Source of the DNA: Alphaproteobacteria bacterium
GTDB taxonomy: Bacteria > Pseudomonadota > Alphaproteobacteria > JAAXGF01
Length of the DNA stretch: 32,605 nt
Direction: 5' to 3'
NCBI GenBank assembly: GCA_046582535.1
Contig: JAYGEF010000098.1
Coordinates: 1 to 32,605 of the forward strand
The translations under genes were made by a program, and so were the position numbers. Under the pieces are notes generated by a model, which made no database searches, was not told where the DNA came from, and saw only the letters and a list, made by a program, of their open reading frames with translations. Shown here in pieces: positions 26,200-32,605 of this stretch. Position 1 is the stretch's first letter. Each line of letters opens with the position of its first letter.

Positions 26200-27430
26200 C
26201 GTGACCGCAGACGTTCCGCCAACACCGGGCGAGCACATTGCGTTGTTCGCCCCGGTGCTCAACGACAGCGGTGTCGCGAAGGTCATGACCACTCTCGCTG
26301 ACGCCTTCGCCGCCCGCGGCTACCGTGTCGATTTGGTGGTAGGCCGAATCGAGAACAATGGAACCCACCGGCTGCTTGGCGGCGCGAACATGGTCCAGGT
26401 GGCGCAAAGCTCGCTTGCACGAGGCTGGTTCGACGCCGCACGCGCCGACCCAGGTGGAATCGGCACCCTGATCCACGCCGTGGTGCGTTCGGGCAAGCCA
26501 GGGTCCAGGTTGCGTTATTTGCCGGGCCTCATCACCTATTTGCAAACGGTACGGCCGACCGTCGTTGTCTCGGCCGGTACCGTCGCCAATCTGATGGCTC
26601 TGTGGGCACGTGGTCTCGCCGGCGTTTCGACCTGGGTCGTCGCCTGCGAACACAACAACCTCAGCGGAAAGGTGCGTGGCGGGCGTGTTCGTGGCACAGG
26701 CAGGCTACGCGTCGTCGCGCGGTTGGTTGGCCGCGTGTACGACCGCGCCGACTCCATCGTTGCCGTATCCGACGGTGTTGCCGACGATTTGGCGGTGGTG
26801 GCCGGGCTTTCGCGCGAGAGGATCGCGACAATCCCCAATCCGGTGGTCACTCCCGATCTGCTCGCGAGCGCACGGGCGCCACTCGAACACCCCTGGTTCG
26901 CGCCTGGCGAACCGCCGGTATTGCTGGGGGTCGGACGGCTCGTTCCAGCCAAGGATTTCGCGACTCTCCTCAAAGCATTCGCACAAGTACGGGCAGCGCG
27001 CGGCGCGCGGCTTTTGATCCTTGGAGAGGGTGCCGAGCGGGCGGCGCTCGAGGCGCTCGCCGATGAGCTGGGGATCGGCACGGATGTGGCGTTTCCGGGG
27101 TATGTGGCAAATCCCTACGCCTATATGTCGCGCGCCGCAGCGTTCGTACTGTCGTCCCGCTGGGAGGGACTGGTAAGTGTTCTCATCGAGGCGATGGCCT
27201 GCGGCTGCCCAGTTGTAAGCACCGATTGCCCGAGCGGTCCGTTCGAAATCCTAAACGGCGGCGCCCTTGGGCCGCTCGTCCCCGTCGGTGACCATGCCGC
27301 GCTCGGTGTCGCCATCTGCGCCACGCTCGACGGCCCGTCCGACCCCTCGCGCTTGCGCGCGCGTGCGCGCGCGTTTTCGCTCGAAACAAGTGCTGTGCGC
27401 TATCTGGAAGAAATCAATGGAGCCCGCTGA
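26192..27430 (+). CDS. GT4-family (group 1, GT-B) glycosyltransferase
   Basis: GVGRLVPAKDF..LLKAF, LLILGEG and SSRWEGLVSVLIEAMACGCPVVSTDCPSGP (E-x7-E). The GTG start is at 26192 or 26201 and overlaps or abuts the upstream stop. Confidence 0.85.
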   Translation: MADVTADVPPTPGEHIALFAPVLNDSGVAKVMTTLADAFAARGYRVDLVVGRIENNGTHRLLGGANMVQVAQSSLARGWFDAARADPGGIGTLIHAVVRSGKPGSRLRYLPGLITYLQTVRPTVVVSAGTVANLMALWARGLAGVSTWVVACEHNNLSGKVRGGRVRGTGRLRVVARLVGRVYDRADSIVAVSDGVADDLAVVAGLSRERIATIPNPVVTPDLLASARAPLEHPWFAPGEPPVLLGVGRLVPAKDFATLLKAFAQVRAARGARLLILGEGAERAALEALADELGIGTDVAFPGYVANPYAYMSRAAAFVLSSRWEGLVSVLIEAMACGCPVVSTDCPSGPFEILNGGALGPLVPVGDHAALGVAICATLDGPSDPSRLRARARAFSLETSAVRYLEEINGAR

Positions 27431-27514
27431 TTTGGACGCCGCCGGACGCCAGGGTACGCGACGGCCGTCACTCATGTTCCCAGCTTGGCGCGACATTCGG
27501 ATGGGAGCCGCGCC

Positions 27515-28462
27515 ATGACCCAAATGCGAAACATCTGCGTCACCTTCCTCGGCGCTGGGCGGAGCGGCACCAGCCTGTCGACCCGGGGCCTGGCCGCCGT
27601 CGGCGTCGATCTTGGCGACCGCCTGCGCCGGGGCTGGGGCAAGAACCCCACCGGCTTCTTCGAGGACCGCGATCTGTTGGCGCTCAACCAGCGGCTCAAG
27701 CACACTCTCGGCATTCGCGGCGACAGCGTGCGGCTGATCGCGGCCGAGGAATACGACAGCCCGGCCATCGAAGCCTTGCGGCACCAGGCCATCCACACCA
27801 TCCGCCGCCGCTTCGGCCAGTGCCCGCTGTGGGGTTACAAGTACGGTCGCACCCTGCGGCTGATGCCGTTCTGGGAGCCGGTCTACGACGCCCTTGATCT
27901 CGACATGCGCTATCTGGTGGCGATCCGCAATCCGTTGAGTGTCGCCGCCTCGCGGGGCAAGCTCGACCCTCGGCGCGGGGTCCAGGAAACCGCCGATCAC
28001 GAATGGCTGGTCAATGTGGTGCCCCATTTCGCCCGAGCCCGGGGACGACCCATGGCGGTGGTCGATTATGATCGCCTGATGATCGATCCCCGGCGCGAGT
28101 TGGCCCGCATGGCCCGGAACCTCACCCTGCCCGATCCCGACCCAGCGGCCATCGACATCTATTGTAGTGAATTCCTGCGTCCCGGCATGCGCCACACTCA
28201 CTTCTCGGTGGCGGACCTCGATGACGGGCGAGTCGACCCTCTGGTGCGCGACGCCTACCGCTGGCTTGACCGCCTGGCCGGCGCCGAGATCACCGCTGAC
28301 GACCCGGCCCTGTGGGACGACTGGGCGCGTATCGCCGCCGCCGTCGAGGCCATGGGCCCAAACCTAGCCGAAATCGACCGAGCCGAGGCCGCCCGCCGCT
28401 GGGCCGAGCGCGGCCCACGCCAAGCCTACCAGTGGCTACGGCGGAAAATGAGAGGTGGCTAG
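27515..28462 (+). CDS. Sulfotransferase-family protein
   Basis: From the ATG at 27515: 5'-PSB-like loop FLGAGRSGTSLS and 3'-PB-like VAIRNPLSVAASR. The listed TTG at 27485 is also possible. Confidence 0.65.
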   Translation: MTQMRNICVTFLGAGRSGTSLSTRGLAAVGVDLGDRLRRGWGKNPTGFFEDRDLLALNQRLKHTLGIRGDSVRLIAAEEYDSPAIEALRHQAIHTIRRRFGQCPLWGYKYGRTLRLMPFWEPVYDALDLDMRYLVAIRNPLSVAASRGKLDPRRGVQETADHEWLVNVVPHFARARGRPMAVVDYDRLMIDPRRELARMARNLTLPDPDPAAIDIYCSEFLRPGMRHTHFSVADLDDGRVDPLVRDAYRWLDRLAGAEITADDPALWDDWARIAAAVEAMGPNLAEIDRAEAARRWAERGPRQAYQWLRRKMRGG

Positions 28463-28611
28463 AAGATCGTGTAGATGAAGGGCGCCACCGCCGAGCCCTC
28501 GGCGAGCACGATCAACATGCCGAGCAGGCTGACCACCACCAGAATGGGAATCATCCAATACTTTCTGCGCGTCCGCATGAAGGCCCAGAGTTCGACGAAC
28601 AGGTCGATCAT
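28459..28611 (-). CDS. DUF5989-type small membrane protein (50 aa), not in the ORF track
   Basis: MIDLFVELWAFMRTRRKYWMIPILVVVSLLGMLIVLAEGSAVAPFIYTIF has one TM helix and the conserved C-terminal GSAVAPFIYT.F motif I recall for this family. Its TAG (28459-28461) overlaps the sulfotransferase TAG (28460-28462). Confidence 0.7.
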   Translation of the reverse strand: MIDLFVELWAFMRTRRKYWMIPILVVVSLLGMLIVLAEGSAVAPFIYTIF

Positions 28612-28636
28612 CGGCGTGAGCTCTCGAAAATAGCGG

Positions 28637-29512
28637 TCATTTGATTGCCCAGCCGACGGCTATCTTGAACGACCGCTTCAAATTGAATCGGTAAAACCCT
28701 GAGCGACTCGTCCGTGAAGTATGCCATAGCAACCATGGCAAAAGAACGAGCTTGTCGAACAACGATAGCCCGCTTGCCTGATAAATTCTTATAGTGAACA
28801 CGAGGTAACGGGCCATAAACCGAAATCGAGCACCGAGCGAAGCCGGTCTATAGAGTTGACTCGACGTGTCCGTCACCTCGCTATAAAAATGTGCCTCGGG
28901 AACACCGCGGATCAAATCGCCGAGAATAAACGGCAGCAGCATCAGGCGGTCCGACGCCCATACATAGCCGAATTCGGTTGCCACCTCCTGCACGGCGCGA
29001 AGCCGTGCGGTGCGAAAAAGGCCATAGATCCACACAGCTTCCGGTCGCCGCAACAATGCAACGATGCGAGACCGGCGCGCCCGTTCAGCAAAATCCGGGC
29101 ACGGCCGGGTGGCGTTGCGAGACTTCGGCGATCCGTCCATCTCCACACGAGTGGCGTTTGCACAGGCCAGCGCGCAATCGCGATTGGCGTCGAGCATGGC
29201 GTATAGCCGATCGAGATAGTTTGGGCTCAACCAGTCGTCGCAAGCGTGCCACATAAAATAGTCGGTCTCGGCCAGGTCGAGCACATAGCTGAAATTGCCC
29301 AAGGCGCCGATGTTCTCGTCATGGCGATGGACGGTCACACGAGAATCCCGCGCCGCCCAGGCGTCGAGCGCCTCGGCGGTCCCATCGGTCGAGCCGTTGT
29401 CGGCGGCGATGACCACGAAGTCGCCGCGCGTCTGGGCCTCAAGGCCGGCGATGGCGCGGTCGAGGGTGGCGGCGCCGTTGTAAACCGGCATGCCGACGGT
29501 GATGCGGGCCAC
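28637..29512 (-). CDS. GT2-family glycosyltransferase
   Basis: ITVGMPVYNGAATLDRAIAGLEAQTRGDFVVIAADNGSTDGTAE is the GT-A N-terminus, followed by a DxD-like ACDDW. The GTG start overlaps the upstream TAG by 1 nt. Confidence 0.85.
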   Translation of the reverse strand: MARITVGMPVYNGAATLDRAIAGLEAQTRGDFVVIAADNGSTDGTAEALDAWAARDSRVTVHRHDENIGALGNFSYVLDLAETDYFMWHACDDWLSPNYLDRLYAMLDANRDCALACANATRVEMDGSPKSRNATRPCPDFAERARRSRIVALLRRPEAVWIYGLFRTARLRAVQEVATEFGYVWASDRLMLLPFILGDLIRGVPEAHFYSEVTDTSSQLYRPASLGARFRFMARYLVFTIRIYQASGLSLFDKLVLLPWLLWHTSRTSRSGFYRFNLKRSFKIAVGWAIK

Positions 29513-30279
29513 TAGGAAATTCGCCGCAGATAGGCGCCCGGCCAGTAGGTGATGGGCCGGTTGAGAGCGCTGTCGTTGAACTGGAAGCCCGGCGTTTCGA
29601 CCGCGAAATCGTCGCGCTCAGCGGCGAAGTCGCGGGCCGCCTCGGTGGGGTTGTCGGAAACCCAGGACGCCTCGCCGCCGGGGACCTGGGCGAGTTCGCT
29701 CATGATGCCGTCGGTTGCCACCAGATAGGACCCCATGGTGACCAGCGAGGCATAGAGCCGGCACTCGGCGAGCACATGGTCGCGGCTGTGATTGGAATCG
29801 AGAATCACCAGCACCTTGTCGCCGGGTTCGATGCAGCGCGACACCTGGTCGAACACCCCGGGGTCGGTCGAGCTGCCCTCGATCAGGGTGATGCGCGACG
29901 CCAGGCGGTGGCCTTCGATGGCCTGGCGGTTGGCCACCCGGATATCGATGTCGACGCCGACCACACGGCCATTACTCCCAGTCATTCCCATGGCCTCGAA
30001 CAGGCTGGCATAGAAGATCAGCGAGCCGCCCCGGGCGATACCGGTCTCAACGATGACATCGGGGCGCAGGTTGGACACCACCTCCTGAATACGCAGCATG
30101 TCCTCGGGCAACTGGATCACCGGCAGGCCGAGCCAGGTGAAAGTATAGGAATAGCGTTGCGCCCAGCCGACCTTGACCCACAGGTCCGAGAGCAGCTCGA
30201 AGGCCGGCTTGCTGTACAGCGGCACCTCGCCATCGCTGGTGGCGATGGTCTCGGTGTCCGTATCGATGGTGATTTTCAT
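29512..30279 (-). CDS. CmcI-family (cephalosporin hydroxylase-like) SAM-dependent methyltransferase
   Basis: FTWLGLPVIQLPEDMLRIQEVVSNLRPDVIVETGIARGGSLIFYA...VVGVDIDI...VLVILDSNHSRDHVL is collinear with PF04989-type proteins. Confidence 0.8.
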   Translation of the reverse strand: MKITIDTDTETIATSDGEVPLYSKPAFELLSDLWVKVGWAQRYSYTFTWLGLPVIQLPEDMLRIQEVVSNLRPDVIVETGIARGGSLIFYASLFEAMGMTGSNGRVVGVDIDIRVANRQAIEGHRLASRITLIEGSSTDPGVFDQVSRCIEPGDKVLVILDSNHSRDHVLAECRLYASLVTMGSYLVATDGIMSELAQVPGGEASWVSDNPTEAARDFAAERDDFAVETPGFQFNDSALNRPITYWPGAYLRRIS

Positions 30280-30289
30280 GGGTCTCTCT

Positions 30290-31456
30290 TCAGGTCAGGT
30301 CGATCAGGTCCAGCGCCGCGCCGGCCGCGCCGACCATGGCTTCGATTTCGGGACGATAATTGGGGTTTGTCAGCACCGCTACGTCGACGCCGCGATCGAG
30401 CGCCTCCTGGAGGCCGACGATTTTATGGCCGCCACCGGCAATGTAGCCGCCCTGCTTGTTGGGGTTGATGTCGATGACACAGTCGAACCTGTCGCCAACC
30501 GGGTCGAGCAGGTTGGCCAGGGTGACGCCCTTGGCCCCGGCCCCCCAGATGGCGGCGCGGCGGCCCGCCGCCAGGGTGCCGAGTTCATGGTCGAGGCGCG
30601 CCAGGGTCGTCGCTTCCCGGGCGCCGAATTGGGCGGCGGCGGCGGCCAGCGCGCCGGCATCGATCGGGGGCGCCACGGCGTCATCCGCAAGGCGGGCTTC
30701 GAGCCAGAGGTACTGGCCACCGAACACATGGTCGACCCGGGCGACGGTGAACCCGGCCGCTTCGAACGCCGCCGTGAGCGACGATGCGGTGAAGTAGTTG
30801 CAGTGCTCGTAGAACAAATCCCAGATCGCGTCCCCGGCCATGATCCATTCAAAACCCGGGGTCTCGAAATAGACCCTCGCGTGGCGCGAGTTGGCCAGGG
30901 CCAGGCGCACCGTGTTGAGCATGGCCACCGGATCGGGCACGTGCTCGATGACGTGGCGGCAGACCACCACGTCGGCGACCTCATGGGCGCAATCGGCGTC
31001 ATAGAACCGGCGTTCGAAGCGCAGCCGGTCTTCGGCCGCCGGGCCGCCATAGCTGGGGTCAAAGCCGATCCCGGTATTGTCCAGGGCCGGGTCGTCGACC
31101 AGGCGGCGCAGGAAATAGCCGTCACCGCAGCCGACATCGACAATCCGGCGCCCCCGCACTCCGTCGTCGTCCAACAGGCGGCGCACCAGACCATCCACAT
31201 AGTCACGAAACGCCGGCGAATGGGTCTGCGCGTTGTCGTATTCGGCGCCGTAGGACAGGCGACCGCTATCGAACGCCCGATTGTGGACGAAGCCGCAACC
31301 ATGGCAGGCGACCAGGACCAAATCTCCACGGGTCACCGCGCGGGCTGCCGCGCGGTCGGCCAGCAGGGCGTTCTGATGCACTGGCACACCCTCGCGTCGG
31401 ACAAATTCCATGGGATCGGGCGCGCCACACAAGGGGCATGACCATGGCCCGCTCAC
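30290..31456 (-). CDS. NDP-hexose C-methyltransferase-like class I SAM methyltransferase (Zn-ribbon N-domain plus C-methyltransferase C-domain)
   Basis: CPLCG...CHGCGFVHN is the zinc ribbon, VDVGCGDGYFLRRL is SAM motif I, and the C-terminal AIWGAGAKGVTLANLL...VIDINPNKQG is Rossmann-like as in TylC3-type enzymes. The GTG at 31456 forms a GTGA overlap with the upstream stop. The GTG at 31474 is also open. Confidence 0.7.
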   Translation of the reverse strand: MSGPWSCPLCGAPDPMEFVRREGVPVHQNALLADRAAARAVTRGDLVLVACHGCGFVHNRAFDSGRLSYGAEYDNAQTHSPAFRDYVDGLVRRLLDDDGVRGRRIVDVGCGDGYFLRRLVDDPALDNTGIGFDPSYGGPAAEDRLRFERRFYDADCAHEVADVVVCRHVIEHVPDPVAMLNTVRLALANSRHARVYFETPGFEWIMAGDAIWDLFYEHCNYFTASSLTAAFEAAGFTVARVDHVFGGQYLWLEARLADDAVAPPIDAGALAAAAAQFGAREATTLARLDHELGTLAAGRRAAIWGAGAKGVTLANLLDPVGDRFDCVIDINPNKQGGYIAGGGHKIVGLQEALDRGVDVAVLTNPNYRPEIEAMVGAAGAALDLIDLT

Positions 31457-32340
31457 AACGTCGCCCGCCACCACGCCACCGTGTCCGCCAGGCCGCTTTC
31501 GAGGTCGTAGCGTGGGGTAAAACCGACCTCGCCGCGCAATCGCGATACATCGGCCACCAGCCGGGCCGGAGAAGGCGAACTTTCACCCGCTGAAATGTCC
31601 ACGCCAATCATCCGGGCGACATCGGTGATGGTCACGCCCTTGCCCGAGGCGATGTTGACCGGCCCCGCAACGTCCGAGGCGAGCAACGCTGCGAACGCGG
31701 CGCCGGCATCGGCGACGTGGAGAAAGTCGCGCATCGCCGCGGGGTCGTTGAGGGTCGCCAGCTCGCCCGCGAGCATGGCGCGGATAATCGACGGCACCAA
31801 CCGGGCTTCGCCCTCATGGGGACCGTAGAGCAGGAACAGCCGGCCCCAGGCCAGGCCCAGGCCGCTGGCGCGTGCCTCGCTACTGGCCGCCTCGAAGGTC
31901 GCGAGCTTGGCCTGGCCGTAGGCCGTGGCCGGCCGGCGTGGCGTCTCGGTTTCGTGACAATCGCCGTAGCCCAGCGCTTCGGTCGACCAGTCGTATTCGG
32001 CACAGCTTCCGGCCAGCACCGCGCGGCCGCCGCCGCTGTGGCGAAACCGGCGCAGCAGGTCCAGGGTGGCCTCGGTCCAGGCCGGGTTCGAAGGCGCCGA
32101 CCAAAAATAGCCGTGGCGGGTTTCCCAGGCGAGATGAAGCAGATGGCTCGGCCGCACCGTATCCAACAACGCCACGCGCGCCGCGCCGTAGAGCAGGTCG
32201 GCCCGGTGCCAGACGACCGTATCATCAGGGGGCGGGGTGCGCGCCGCCGCGTGAACCGTGAACCCCCTGGCGGTCAGGGCGGCCACCGCCTGGCGGCCGA
32301 CGAAGCCGCCGGCGCCGGTCACCAGCACCGTGCCGCTCAC
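31453..32340 (-). CDS. Extended-SDR NAD(P)-dependent sugar epimerase/reductase
   Basis: From the GTG at 32340: SGTVLVTGAGGFVGRQAV (TGxxGxxG) and the catalytic YGQAK. GTGA overlap with the RmlC-like stop. The upstream part of the listed 376-aa ORF is out of frame with the real RmlC-like coding region. Confidence 0.8.
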   Translation of the reverse strand: MSGTVLVTGAGGFVGRQAVAALTARGFTVHAAARTPPPDDTVVWHRADLLYGAARVALLDTVRPSHLLHLAWETRHGYFWSAPSNPAWTEATLDLLRRFRHSGGGRAVLAGSCAEYDWSTEALGYGDCHETETPRRPATAYGQAKLATFEAASSEARASGLGLAWGRLFLLYGPHEGEARLVPSIIRAMLAGELATLNDPAAMRDFLHVADAGAAFAALLASDVAGPVNIASGKGVTITDVARMIGVDISAGESSPSPARLVADVSRLRGEVGFTPRYDLESGLADTVAWWRATL

Positions 32341-32605
32341 CGTATGAAATCCGGCAGGGCGGCGTCGCGCTCGGAAATTACCTCGGGCTCGAAGGGCCAC
32401 TCGATGGCGAAGGCCGGGTCGTTCCAGCGCACGCCGCGGGCCAGGTCGGGGACAAAGGCGGCGCCCATGAGGTAATAGACCTCGCTGTGGTCCGCGAGGG
32501 TCAGCAGGCCGTGGGCGCAGCCCGCCGGAATATAGAGGGCGCGATGATTGTCGGCGCTGAGCTCGGCCCCGACCCATTGGCAATAGCTGGCTGAGTCCGG
32601 GCGCA
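32337..32605 (-). CDS. dTDP-4-dehydrorhamnose 3,5-epimerase (RmlC)-family cupin; 3' part only, 5' end outside the window
   Basis: A frame not reported as a separate ORF gives ...YCQWVGAELSADNHRALYIPAGCAHGLLTLADHSEVYYLMGAAFVPDLARGVRWNDPAFAIEWPFEP...stop. This matches the RmlC C-terminal half. Confidence 0.75.
   Translation of the reverse strand, partial: RPDSASYCQWVGAELSADNHRALYIPAGCAHGLLTLADHSEVYYLMGAAFVPDLARGVRWNDPAFAIEWPFEPEVISERDAALPDFIR

Noticed and set aside
1-32605. Searched for defence-system hallmarks (restriction/modification, toxin-antitoxin pairs, nuclease-ATPase pairs, CRISPR repeats), prophage genes, tRNA and rRNA.
   Set aside because: No regularly spaced repeats, no cloverleaf-like tRNA candidates in the intergenic gaps and no nuclease, helicase or integrase motifs were seen. 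All large ORFs are accounted for by metabolic, envelope or glycan functions.

Overview
This is a high-GC, gene-dense chromosomal segment. It is probably alphaproteobacterial; that is an inference from the DUF1127 micro-protein, the hpnA-like gene, the dusA/lptFG context and protein motifs. I recognised no rRNA, tRNA, CRISPR array, transposase or integrase. All family assignments come from reading motifs by eye, with no searches run.

Content from left to right:
1. 0.1-7.7 kb is an aromatic-catabolism-like block. It holds an amber-interrupted SDR, a MarR regulator with a perfect 20-bp palindrome in the divergent promoter, a homogentisate-dioxygenase-family protein, an MBL-fold protein, an FAD monooxygenase, a DUF2783 protein, an amidohydrolase-2 protein and a Rieske oxygenase.
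2. 7.8-11.5 kb holds an orphan EctC-like cupin behind a perfect 37-bp palindrome. It also holds a hotdog thioesterase bracketed by roughly 80-bp inverted repeats and an unpartnered hydantoinase-A-like protein.
3. 11.5-15.9 kb holds a soluble eukaryote-type GT7 beta-1,4-galactosyltransferase homologue. Next to it are two tandem TPR-GT41 (OGT/SPINDLY-like) paralogues, and both carry lesions.
4. 15.9-22.4 kb holds hpnA-like, dusA and a DUF1127 micro-ORF with a bidirectional terminator. It also holds a tightly packed lptF-lptG-lipid kinase-Tam41-like operon.
5. 22.5-32.6 kb holds two convergent glycan operons. The plus-strand operon encodes an 807-aa GT8 / methyltransferase-like / ELM1-like fusion coupled to a P4H-type 2OG oxygenase, then a GT4 and a sulfotransferase. 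The minus-strand operon encodes RmlC-like, SDR reductase/epimerase, C-methyltransferase, CmcI-type methyltransferase, GT2 and a DUF5989 micro-ORF.

The best candidate for an undescribed system is the concentration of eukaryote-like glycosylation enzymes: GT7, GT41, the GT8-ELM1 fusion, the P4H-like hydroxylase and the sulfotransferase.
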